Origin: Candidatus Latescibacterota bacterium
GTDB lineage: Bacteria; Latescibacterota; UBA2968; GCA-2709665
Assembly (NCBI GenBank): GCA_965116875.1
Contig: OZ220733.1
Location: forward strand, 3,936,001-4,000,000
Reading direction: 5' to 3'
Length of the DNA stretch: 64,000 nt
Positions 19,961 through 28,971 of the stretch are shown here, piece after piece (within the stretch, counting starts at the first letter, position 1; each line of letters begins with the position of its first letter). A program made the position numbers and the translations under genes. Below the pieces are notes generated by a model. The model worked only from the letters and a program-made list of their open reading frames with translations, had not been told where the DNA came from and did no database searches.

Positions 19961-20092
19961 TTCCCGTACAAAATAGGTCCCCAGGCGGTCCGTTCGGTAT
20001 GAGATGCGGTCTCGTAACAGGGAAACGTGGCGAGGCCGTTTTCTGTTAGATTCAGGCTGATCGCCTTGTCCCTGCATTCAGGGTGAAGGATA

Positions 20093-21685
20093 ATGGACCT
20101 GGTCATTTCCGGCGGAACCGTGGTCGACGGAACCGGCGCCGCTCCCGTCCCCGGCGACGTGGCCGTGGCGGACGGGCGGATCGTCGGCGTCGGCCGGTTC
20201 TCGCAGCCCGAGGGCGTGCCGTGTGTGGATGCGTCCGGTTGCTACGTAACGCCGGGATTTATCGATATCCACAGTCATTCCGATTTCACCCTGATGATCG
20301 ACCCCCGGGCGGTGAGCTCGATCACGCAGGGCGTGACGCTGGAGGTGGTGGGCAACTGCGGGCACGGAAGCGCACCGATAGGCGATCCGGAGCGAACGCG
20401 GGCGAACATATATGGATGCAGATCCGGGTATGAGATCGACTGGCGCACCGTGGGCGAGTACCTGGATCGCCTGGAGGACCGGCGCCCGGCTGTAAATGTA
20501 ATGACCCTGGTGCCGAACGGCAACCTGAGGCTGGCTGTCTGCGACGCGCTGGACCGTCCGTCCACGCCGGACGAACTGGGTAAGATGAAACGCCTCCTGG
20601 CGCAGGGGATGGAAGAAGGGGCCGTGGGGTATTCCACGGGCCTGGAATACGGTCCGGAACGGGATTGCCCCGAGGACGAGATTTCCGGGCTCTGTGCGAT
20701 TGCCGCGGAATACGGCGGAATCTACACGACACATACCCGAAACCGTCCGGGCGAGGCGGAGGAGGCCATCGCCGAGTCGATCCGTACGGCTGAAATGGCC
20801 GGTGCGCCTCTGCAGATCTCGCATATTTCTTCCGTTGCCAGGCTGGCCGACGACGGCGGACGGGCCGTCGATCGGGCGCTCGAACAGGTGGACGGGGCTC
20901 GCGGCGGCGGGCTGGACGTGCATTTCGATATGCACACGCGACTCTTCGGCACAACCAATCTGAGCGCGGCGCTGCCGCTTTGGGTGATGGAGGGAAGTTC
21001 AAAGGAAATCGCGGGTCGGCTGCGCGATCCATCCGTGCGTCGCGAAATGGAAGACGGCGAGAGTATCGTTACCTCTCTGGCGCAGGGAGACTGGGAGCGG
21101 ATCGTCGTCTTTCACTCGCCCGCGCAGCCCGAGCTCGCCGGGAAGAGTATTGCAGATCTTGCCGCTGCCGGAACCGGAAACGTCTATGACGTCATCTGCG
21201 ACATGCTGATTGCAGCGTCCGACCGGCTGCACGAGATGATGGTAATCGCGTTCAGCTATCGCGAGTCGGACGTCCGGCCGGCATTCGAACACCCGTTCTG
21301 TATGGTCGGCTCGGACGCGACCGCGCTCGCAACGGACGGGCCGTTGAAGGACGATACGTTCCACGGCGCCTATACCTGGGCATCCTGGTTCTTTCGTCAT
21401 TTCGTCCGGGACCGGAAGCTGTTCCCCCCGCAGGAAGCCGTGCGCAGGCTGACGTCTCTGCCGGCTTCCCGGCTGGGGTTGTCCGAACGCGGCGTGATCC
21501 GCAATGGGGCGCATGCGGACCTGGCCGTTTTCGATCCGAAGGTGTTCGCCGAGCGGGGAACCACGTTCCAGCCGAACCGGACGGCAGCGGGCATGCGTCA
21601 CGTGCTGGTAAACGGCGGTGTTGCGGTGCGGGACGGCGTCCTTTCGGGACAGCGATACGGACGGGTGTTGCGGCGCGAGGCCTGA
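20093..21685 (+). CDS. N-acyl-D-amino-acid deacylase (D-aminoacylase) family amidohydrolase
   Basis: GGTVVDGTG, PGFIDIHSHSD, QGVTLEVVGNCG, STGLEY, THTR, ISH, GSD, GAHADLAVFDP. RBS GAAGGA. Confidence 0.93.
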   Translation: MDLVISGGTVVDGTGAAPVPGDVAVADGRIVGVGRFSQPEGVPCVDASGCYVTPGFIDIHSHSDFTLMIDPRAVSSITQGVTLEVVGNCGHGSAPIGDPERTRANIYGCRSGYEIDWRTVGEYLDRLEDRRPAVNVMTLVPNGNLRLAVCDALDRPSTPDELGKMKRLLAQGMEEGAVGYSTGLEYGPERDCPEDEISGLCAIAAEYGGIYTTHTRNRPGEAEEAIAESIRTAEMAGAPLQISHISSVARLADDGGRAVDRALEQVDGARGGGLDVHFDMHTRLFGTTNLSAALPLWVMEGSSKEIAGRLRDPSVRREMEDGESIVTSLAQGDWERIVVFHSPAQPELAGKSIADLAAAGTGNVYDVICDMLIAASDRLHEMMVIAFSYRESDVRPAFEHPFCMVGSDATALATDGPLKDDTFHGAYTWASWFFRHFVRDRKLFPPQEAVRRLTSLPASRLGLSERGVIRNGAHADLAVFDPKVFAERGTTFQPNRTAAGMRHVLVNGGVAVRDGVLSGQRYGRVLRREA

Positions 21686-21723
21686 ACATCGCCACCTTCG
21701 TGGAACGGGAAGTGAGGAATTCC

Positions 21724-22725
21724 ATGGGTCGAAACTCGATTTCAGGACCGATTCACTGGAGGTTCAGCGATGAAAACCCGGTGATCGCTCCGGGTCAATT
21801 GCACGCGGATATGGATAGCCGCCGCGCCGGCGCTGCCCACGTCCTGCAGATCTGGGACCGGTACCGGATGTATTACTGGGGAACCGGAACGAACGGGTTT
21901 CACCGCATTCTGATTGCCGAAAGCCCGGTGGACGAGCCCAACGACTGGAAGCCCGTGGGCGTGGCGCTCAGCCGGCAGCCGGACACGGCGTATAACGACG
22001 AAGGGCCGGGTTTTCCGTTTGTGGTCCCGAGGGACGACGGCCCCTGGCTCCTGTATTTCTGCGGATGGGGAAAACCCAGGGCGGACGGCAAACTTCCCAA
22101 TACCACGGGCGTGGCAGTCAGCGAAGACGGCGGGTACCGGTTCCGCTATCCGAAACGGGAACCGATTCTGCCGCTGGACCGGGACTGGGACCGGGAGGGA
22201 ACCGGAAGCGTGTGTGTCTTACGGTTCAATGACCTCTATCATATGTACTATACGTCTATCGGGTCCTATTTCACCCGTCCCGAAGGCGCTGTCACGGGCC
22301 ACGGAGACGTCATTCCCCGCATCGGCGTTGCCTGTGCGGCGTCGCAGGACGGGTTGGTATGGACCAAACCGCAGAATGGTCTGATGGTCGCACCGAGGGG
22401 TTTCGAGACCGAGCCCTACGAGTACATCTGTTCGAAGCCCTTCATCCTGCGGGAACCCGGCGGCTACCGGATGTGGGTGAACACGTTCGGCACGGCCTAT
22501 CGGATGAGGAGTCTGGTCGGACCCGACGGCATGGACTGGCGCTGGTGCGAAAGCGGGCCCGACGGGGAGTTTGGTGTGGGCAGGCCGGGAGCGTTCGACG
22601 ACAGGCAGCGTTGCTACGCGAGTGTCGTCAGGTGTGGCGAGGAATACCGTTGCTGGTATACGGGAAACCGGTTTGGCGCGACAGGGATGGGGTATGCGGT
22701 TGGGAGGCTCGAGAGCGAGGGATAG
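21724..22725 (+). CDS. Beta-propeller glycoside-hydrolase-like protein
   Basis: ENPVIAPG, YRMYYWG, PGFPFV..WLLYFCG, EPILP..WD, YHMYY, CYASV..YRCWYTGN...MGYA blade repeats. RBS GAGGA. Confidence 0.7.
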   Translation: MGRNSISGPIHWRFSDENPVIAPGQLHADMDSRRAGAAHVLQIWDRYRMYYWGTGTNGFHRILIAESPVDEPNDWKPVGVALSRQPDTAYNDEGPGFPFVVPRDDGPWLLYFCGWGKPRADGKLPNTTGVAVSEDGGYRFRYPKREPILPLDRDWDREGTGSVCVLRFNDLYHMYYTSIGSYFTRPEGAVTGHGDVIPRIGVACAASQDGLVWTKPQNGLMVAPRGFETEPYEYICSKPFILREPGGYRMWVNTFGTAYRMRSLVGPDGMDWRWCESGPDGEFGVGRPGAFDDRQRCYASVVRCGEEYRCWYTGNRFGATGMGYAVGRLESEG

Positions 22726-22820
22726 CCGGGATTTCCGATGCGGATCTGACGGATCGGGTCCTCAGGTCGTATGGATCTTCACAGCCAGGTGTACCTGCGG
22801 GAAAATCGGGAGAGCGACCC

Positions 22821-23543
22821 ATGAAGCTGGATGAGTCGAAGCTGCGGCAGTACAGGCAAGATGGATATACAACGGTGGAAGGGCTGATATCTACAGCCGA
22901 GGCGGCCGCGGCGCGGAAGCGGCTTCTGGAGATTCTGGAAGGAGAGCATGACTGGCCGGACCTGCATTTTCAGGTCCTGGACCCCGGGAAGCACCGCAAC
23001 AAAAGGGGTGGATTCGTACCGATCGGCGTCCAGAGGCCGGCCAGACAGGAGGCCGTCTTCCGGGACATTGCGGACCACGCCAATCTGCAGGGAGCGATGG
23101 CCCAACTCCTGGGCGGCCCGGTGAAGCGTTTTACGGATCAGGCGCTGATCAAGAACCGGGCGATCGACGGCCAGTCGTTCTATCACCAGGACTCCTACTA
23201 CTGGAAAATCGAGCCGGGACGCGGGTGCAACGCCTGGATCGCGCTGGACGAAGTCGGGTTGGACGCCAGCGCGCTGGGCATCCTTCCGGAGACCCAGAGG
23301 GATTGGACGCTGGCGCCTCACGAGAAGTACTTCGATGAGCCCAACTATTACGCCGCGCGTACAGGAGAAGCATTTACCCGATGGCGGATTCCAACGGAAG
23401 ATTCGGACCTGTCCGATGAGGTCGTGCTGCCGATGCAGCCTGGAGACGCCGCGTTCTTCTCGAATTACACCTGGCATCGTTCCGAGGTAAACCGTTCGGG
23501 CCAGCACAAGACGGCCTACGCGATCGCGTATCAGTTGCGATAG
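22821..23543 (+). CDS. Phytanoyl-CoA dioxygenase (PhyH) family Fe(II)/2-oxoglutarate dioxygenase
   Basis: YRQDGY, YHQDSYYW (HxD), NAWIALD, MQPGDAAFF..TWHRSEVNRS. Confidence 0.9.
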   Translation: MKLDESKLRQYRQDGYTTVEGLISTAEAAAARKRLLEILEGEHDWPDLHFQVLDPGKHRNKRGGFVPIGVQRPARQEAVFRDIADHANLQGAMAQLLGGPVKRFTDQALIKNRAIDGQSFYHQDSYYWKIEPGRGCNAWIALDEVGLDASALGILPETQRDWTLAPHEKYFDEPNYYAARTGEAFTRWRIPTEDSDLSDEVVLPMQPGDAAFFSNYTWHRSEVNRSGQHKTAYAIAYQLR

Positions 23544-23633
23544 CGGCCGAAGACGGCGACGGTTCGAACGTGGACCCTTGCGCAGGTTGGGGACAGATCT
23601 GCATCCGGCATTGTTGCTGAGGAGAAGGTACCT

Positions 23634-25082
23634 ATGGTTCGGGGAAAAGAGCGTGCGCCGACTTCCCGCGTGCGTTTCGGCTTCGCGCGCGTGGACATGA
23701 CGCCGCCGGTGGGAATCTATCACCGCATGTGGGGCGCGGCCAGGCACGACAGGGCCACGGGCGTTCATCGCCCGATTCTTGGAGACGTGCTGGTTTTTGA
23801 ATCAGTGGACGCGCCGGAGGAGATTCGGCTGGTTCGGGCGCATCTGGACCTCGTCGGTCTGGTCGCGAAACAGTATGCTGCTCTTGTGAAGGCGCTCGGC
23901 GCCGCCGCGGGGGTCGGTCGGGACCAGGTGGACGTGACGTTCTCCCACACCCACGCCTCCGGATGGTACGCGCCGGATCGTTTCGGCATGCCCGGTGGCG
24001 AGCTGATCGAGCCGTTTCTGAAGGACGTGGAAGATAAGCTGGCGGAGGCATGCGGCGAGGCGATATCGGGAATGCGGGAGGTGCTGATCACCTACGCCTC
24101 GGGTCATTGCGGCATGGCGGCCGACAGGGATTACCGGGATGAGGCGTTCGAAGGATACGTCTGCGGGTACAATCCCGAAGGCAACGGCGACGATGCCCTG
24201 CTGGTGGGTCGTCTTGCTGAAGGAGACGGCAGGACCGTGGCGACGGTGGTGAATTACGGATGCCACCCGACCACGCTTGCCTGGGAAAATACGCTGATCA
24301 GCCCGGATTACGTGGGCGCGATGCGGGAAGAGGTGGAGCGGGTGACCGGGGCGCCCTGCACGTTCGTGCTGGCGCCGTGCGGGGATCTGGGTCCGAAAGA
24401 CGGATTCGTGGGGGACCTCGACGTCGCAGACAGGAACGGACGCCAGCTTGGGTTTGCGGCGCTTTCCGTTCTGATGTCGATGGGACCGCCGGGCACGGAT
24501 TTCGAATACCGGGGTCCTGTGATCTCGGGCGCCACGATTGGTACGTGGGCGCACGCGGCATTCGGACGGGAGCGATTGCACGAGGTTGCCGCCTTCGCCC
24601 GCGGCGTGTATTCGGTGGATCTGCCGATGAAAGAACGCCGGGACCCGGAATCGCTCCAGGATGAACTGGCGCGGTGGTCGGAAGCCGAACGGGCGGCCGA
24701 TGCGGCCGGAGACGCGGCGGAGGCGCGATTATGCGGCGCCCGGGCGGAGCGGGCCAGGCGATGGCTGGCGCGGATCGCGAATCTGCCGCCGGGCGAGACA
24801 TATCCGTATCGATTCTCCGTATGCCGTATGGGAGACGCGATCTGGGTGACGTGCGGCGGGGAGCCCTACAGCGATCTTCAGGTGGCGTTGCGACGACGAT
24901 TTCCCCGGCTCGCGATTCTGGTATCTCCTCTGGCGGGCAATGTACAGGTCGCTTACCTGCTGCGGAAAGAGGCGTACGGCAGGGGTCTCTACCAGGAGGA
25001 ACCGTCGAGTCTCGCGCCCGGCTGCCTGGAAATCCTGACCGGTGCGATTGAAGAACGAATCGAAGAGATCGTCGCTGAATAG
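23634..25082 (+). CDS. Neutral/alkaline ceramidase-like amidohydrolase
   Basis: GFARVDMTPP, FSHTHA, NYGCHPT, ISPDYVG, PCGD, GGEPY. RBS GAGGAG upstream. Confidence 0.75.
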   Translation: MVRGKERAPTSRVRFGFARVDMTPPVGIYHRMWGAARHDRATGVHRPILGDVLVFESVDAPEEIRLVRAHLDLVGLVAKQYAALVKALGAAAGVGRDQVDVTFSHTHASGWYAPDRFGMPGGELIEPFLKDVEDKLAEACGEAISGMREVLITYASGHCGMAADRDYRDEAFEGYVCGYNPEGNGDDALLVGRLAEGDGRTVATVVNYGCHPTTLAWENTLISPDYVGAMREEVERVTGAPCTFVLAPCGDLGPKDGFVGDLDVADRNGRQLGFAALSVLMSMGPPGTDFEYRGPVISGATIGTWAHAAFGRERLHEVAAFARGVYSVDLPMKERRDPESLQDELARWSEAERAADAAGDAAEARLCGARAERARRWLARIANLPPGETYPYRFSVCRMGDAIWVTCGGEPYSDLQVALRRRFPRLAILVSPLAGNVQVAYLLRKEAYGRGLYQEEPSSLAPGCLEILTGAIEERIEEIVAE

Positions 25083-25105
25083 TGGGGTAACAGGGAGGAC
25101 AGGAG

Positions 25106-25990
25106 ATGGCCGAACTCGTATATCGTCCGGCTGCCGACGCGTATCATTTCGAAACGGAGGCGATGACCGGCGAAATCCGCGCGTCGGGAAACTATCACGG
25201 GGTGTGGACGCTTACGGACAAAGTCACCGGCAGGCAGGTGGTCCACCCGCAATTTTCGGCATTGAACCTGTTCCGGCTGTTCGCGGTGCACCAGGGTCTG
25301 GATCAACCCCGTCTGATGGACCGGACCGTCGACGTCCGGGACAACGTTATCGAAATACACTGGTCCGCCACTGAAACCCATCAGGGCGCGTTGACGGCCC
25401 GCTACGAGGTGGTCGAGCCGAATTGCATCGACCTGGCGGTGACGGTAGCGTGCGAGGGGACGTATGCGGGATATGAGCTCTTCCTGTCCAACTATTTCGA
25501 CAAGACGCTGCGGCCCCACGTCTATCTGCACGGAAGCCGTTACGGCCGGGCAAGCGAGGCTCCCGAACGGGTTGTGCCGATGGTGAATGACGTCTTTCGA
25601 GGGACCGTCATCGTGTTTCCGCGGGACCCGCACGCCGCGAGGCGCTGCGTCGACGGGCGGTGGAACCGCAGTGAGAACAATTCACCCACCGTGCAGATGT
25701 GCCCGGTCCGGTACTACGGCTATCCGTTCTCGTTCCTGACCGACGTCGGGAATCGTCTGGGCGTTGTGCTGATGTCGACGGAGGCGGACTGCTATGCGAT
25801 CAGCACGCGCTACCACGTGGACGACGAAGCCGATCGAATGACGGATTACAGCGCGTTCGATTTCTCGTTGTTCGGCGACGACCTCGTACCCGGCAGCCGT
25901 CGCACGGTCCGGATGCGGTTGGCGTTGACAGAGATCGATGAGGAAATGTCCCAGCCCCTGGCGCATTATCAGACGTTTGCGGAGGGTTGA
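25106..25990 (+). CDS. Hypothetical protein (beta-rich, possibly mutarotase-like fold)
   Basis: Strong RBS AGGAG and a co-directional 294 aa ORF. No motif recognised with confidence. Confidence 0.6.
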   Translation: MAELVYRPAADAYHFETEAMTGEIRASGNYHGVWTLTDKVTGRQVVHPQFSALNLFRLFAVHQGLDQPRLMDRTVDVRDNVIEIHWSATETHQGALTARYEVVEPNCIDLAVTVACEGTYAGYELFLSNYFDKTLRPHVYLHGSRYGRASEAPERVVPMVNDVFRGTVIVFPRDPHAARRCVDGRWNRSENNSPTVQMCPVRYYGYPFSFLTDVGNRLGVVLMSTEADCYAISTRYHVDDEADRMTDYSAFDFSLFGDDLVPGSRRTVRMRLALTEIDEEMSQPLAHYQTFAEG

Positions 25991-26076
25991 TGGCAACGGA
26001 CTGTCAGCGATGCTTTCCGTTATCCGGGACAATTTCTGGGTTGAATCGCGGCGGGCTTGTTCCTATTTTTACCAGG

Positions 26077-27270
26077 ATGAAACGACTGAATCAGGTTTGG
26101 GTCCGGCTCGCGTTTGCCGTCTTTGCGGCCGTGGTCGCGGCGGCATGTGGGAAGACACCGCCGACCGTGGACGACGATCTGTACGAAGAGTACCCCGGGT
26201 TGCCGTATGGGATCATGATCACCGTTGCCGGCACCGGAGATCCCGGCAGGAGCGCCACCGGAAACGGCCCCCTGGACACGGAATTGTATTTCCCCCAGGA
26301 CGTGGCCGTCGGCCCCGAGGGCCGGACGTACATTCTGGACTGGAACAACAATCGCGTTGTCGTGATCGACAACGGAACCGTCCGCCCCCTGATCGGCAAC
26401 GGCGAACCGGGCCAGGCGCTTACGGGTCCCGCGCTGGAAACAGGCGTCGATCATCCGGCACACATTTCGTTCGATCCGCAGGGGCGGTTGATCCTGTCGG
26501 CCTGGCAGAATTCGAGGATCCTTCGATACGACTTTTCCACGCGCCGGATCGGGACCATTGCCGGCACGGGCGATCGGGGGTTCAGCGGCGATGGCGGCCC
26601 CGCTCTGGACGCCTCGTTGAATCTGCCGAGTTCCACAGTCTTCGATCCGTCCGGTCGCATGTATATCTCCGATCAGGGCAACCTCCGCATTCGATTGGTC
26701 GATCTGAACGGCATCATCTCCACCGTTGCGGGCACCGGACGGGAGGGGTTTGCCGGGGACGGCGGTCCTGCGACCCTGGCCGACCTGTATGCGCCCACGG
26801 GTGACGCCGCACAGCCCGGCGGCCGGATTGCGATGGATAGCCGGGGCAACCTGTATATCGCCGATACGTTCAACAACCGGATACGCAAGGTGGATACCGC
26901 CGGCAGGATCGGCACGGTGGCCGGCGGGGGCAGTATCGGTGCAACCGCCGGTACGTATTCCGGGGACGGCGGTCCGGCAACCCAGGCCAGCCTTTCGCGG
27001 CCCAGCGACGTGGCCGTCGACGCGGAGGGGAATCTGTATATTGCCGATACCGGCAACCATTGTATCCGGAAGGTGGATACAGAGGGGACAATCACCACGC
27101 TTGCCGGCCGGTGCGGGGAGCCGGGATTCAAGGGCGACAGCGACCACCCGAGATGGGGAAAACTCAGGAGCCCCTATGGCGTCGCGCTCGACCGGGAAGA
27201 GAATCTGTACATCGCCGATACGTTCAACCATCGGATCCGCGTGGTGTACAAGCACATCGCCGTACGATGA
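26077..27270 (+). CDS. NHL-repeat beta-propeller lipoprotein
   Basis: Signal peptide with lipobox AAAC. Repeated GFSGDGGPA..A.L..P..VA.D..GNLYIADT.N.RIRKVD..G.I.T.AG units. RBS AGGA. Confidence 0.9.
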   Translation: MKRLNQVWVRLAFAVFAAVVAAACGKTPPTVDDDLYEEYPGLPYGIMITVAGTGDPGRSATGNGPLDTELYFPQDVAVGPEGRTYILDWNNNRVVVIDNGTVRPLIGNGEPGQALTGPALETGVDHPAHISFDPQGRLILSAWQNSRILRYDFSTRRIGTIAGTGDRGFSGDGGPALDASLNLPSSTVFDPSGRMYISDQGNLRIRLVDLNGIISTVAGTGREGFAGDGGPATLADLYAPTGDAAQPGGRIAMDSRGNLYIADTFNNRIRKVDTAGRIGTVAGGGSIGATAGTYSGDGGPATQASLSRPSDVAVDAEGNLYIADTGNHCIRKVDTEGTITTLAGRCGEPGFKGDSDHPRWGKLRSPYGVALDREENLYIADTFNHRIRVVYKHIAVR

Positions 27271-27336
27271 TCTTCCCGCCGGTGAGCGGGAGTCATGGCG
27301 ATCGGGATCTGATACCGTACCTTCAGGGGTGAGCAA

Positions 27337-27840
27337 ATGGGCGGAATGAGACGGCTTGGATTTGCAGGCATCCTGCTGGCTGCGAGTCTGTTCTGTTGTT
27401 TTCCGGATATCGCGGCCGCCGGGGATAAGGAACCCGTTCCCCTGCCACGCGTGCAGGTTGTCACGCTGGAAGGAGACACGCTGAATCTTGCCGATGTGTG
27501 CGAAGACAAGCCATCCTTCGTCTATCTTTGGGCAACCTGGTGCAAGACGTGCAAGAAGGACTTGAAGAATGTCTTCAAGTTGAGGGATAAATTCGGCGAC
27601 CGGATCCAGGTTTTCGGCATTGCGTGGAAGAACAGCGCGGAGGAGATTCAGACCTTCTTCGCGGACAGGAAGCAGACGCTGCACAGCTACATCGATTCGG
27701 ATGGCCGGGTATTCGAAGCCTTCGAGACCCGGTTGACGCCCACGGTTGTGATCGTCAATGCCCGCGGGGAGGTCCTTTTTTCGGGTTACGGCTCCTTTCG
27801 GAAGTACAGAAAGATCCTGGAAAAGGCATTGAAAGGGTAG
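27337..27840 (+). CDS. TlpA/ResA-like thioredoxin-fold disulfide reductase
   Basis: Signal peptide, YLWATWCKTC (CxxC), cis-Pro loop LTPTVVIV. Confidence 0.88.
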   Translation: MGGMRRLGFAGILLAASLFCCFPDIAAAGDKEPVPLPRVQVVTLEGDTLNLADVCEDKPSFVYLWATWCKTCKKDLKNVFKLRDKFGDRIQVFGIAWKNSAEEIQTFFADRKQTLHSYIDSDGRVFEAFETRLTPTVVIVNARGEVLFSGYGSFRKYRKILEKALKG

Positions 27841-27883
27841 CGGTCGACTGAACGAAAACCACAATGCTCGAGGAGTGTGGAAG

Positions 27884-28858
27884 ATGAAACGAGTTTTCAA
27901 GGTTCTCCCGTTGATTCTGATCAGCCACCTGTTTTACGGTTACGAACCTGCCCTGGCGCAGCCTGGCGTAAGCTGACGTCGTCCCGTACTCCCGGGCGGG
28001 AGAATGCTTCAGGGCAGTCTGATCACGAAGGACCTTTTCGTCGTGAGCGCGAACTACGAGTACGAGTACCTGGGCGATGCGATGTACGGTACCGGGCCGA
28101 TCCCCAACATCAACCAGGAAGTGACCAGCATGTCAACGGTGTCCGTATTCGCCAGTTACGGGGTCACGGAATGGTTCGGCGCCGCCGTCGTGCTTCCGTT
28201 TCGTTCCATTACCAACGACAAGATTCTGCTACCCGGTCAGTACGACAACCAGTATCAGGGCGGAAAGTACGTCCGGCACGCCGCCGGTCTGGGCGACGTC
28301 GTTCTGATGTTGAATTTTGCGCCGCCACTGCCCGACGCACTGCCCGGATTGCTCTTTTCGGCAGGTGTCAAGTTGGCCAACGGTTCGACTCACGCGGTCG
28401 ATGAGTACGGCAGCCGGTTCGCCGACCTGTTGCAGGTGGGTTCCGGAAGCATGGACCCCATTTTCTCCGTCAGTCTGTCCCGCGCGTTCGACAGCCTGTT
28501 TTTCTCCGGTATGCTCTTCACACGCATTATTTCCCGCGAGAACGTGTACGGATACAAATACGGAAATGAGTTTCAGGGCATCTTTTCCATGGATTACATG
28601 CACGGGGAGAAGATAATTGCCGGTCTCAGCCTGAACCACGTCTACACGGACCGCGATTATTTCCAATATGGAAAGATTGCCCGAAAACGTGGCGGTACGT
28701 GGCTGTATCTCGCGCCGAAGCTGGGTGTACGGGCAACGGAGAATCTGAGCCTGGAGGCCAGGCTGCCGCTTCCCGTGTATCAGAACGTGAACGAAAGCCA
28801 GCTGACCTCCGACTACCAGCTCCACGTGGGCGCCACCTATCACTTTTTCGCCCGTTAG
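27884..28858 (+). CDS. Outer-membrane beta-barrel ('transporter'/MetA-pathway-like) protein with an in-frame TGA at 27974-27976 (candidate selenocysteine)
   Basis: ATG 27884 after GAGGAG begins MKRVFKVLPLILISHLFYGYEPALA-QPGVS*RRPVLPGGR, in the same frame as ORF 28004..28858. The body has GLGDVVL, LQVGSGSMD, YKYGNE, GGTWLYLAP, LPLPVYQNVNESQL and C-terminal YHFF-type beta strands. Confidence 0.75.
27977..28019 (+). promoter_or_regulatory. Candidate bacterial SECIS element
   Basis: Upper stem CTCCC/GGGAG (27989-27993/27998-28002) closes a GGGC loop that starts 17 nt after the TGA. It is extended by GTA/TGC and CCC/GGG pairs. Confidence 0.5.
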
Positions 28859-28942
28859 CAGTCCGTTGATAAAGTCGCTCTGCAGGCCTGCGAGTGAAGT
28901 CTTCGCAGGCAGGCAGCCCGGATGGACTTTTTCAACGGGCTG
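28859..28942. mobile_element. MITE family A, short (84 bp) copy
   Basis: Imperfect TIRs CAGTCCGTTGATAAAGTC / GACTTTTTCAACGGGCTG, flanked by a TTAG direct repeat (28855-28858, 28943-28946). Internal hairpin GCCTGCGA..TCGCAGGC. Confidence 0.85.
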
Positions 28943-28971
28943 TTAGCGGCTGTACAGCGTGGAAACGTCAC

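Noticed and set aside
27295-27336. ATG...TGA in frame upstream of the TlpA gene (MAIGI*YRTFRGEQ), a possible second Sec codon
   Set aside because: It would sit in front of an intact signal peptide, TlpA already has a full CxxC, and no convincing SECIS-like hairpin follows.
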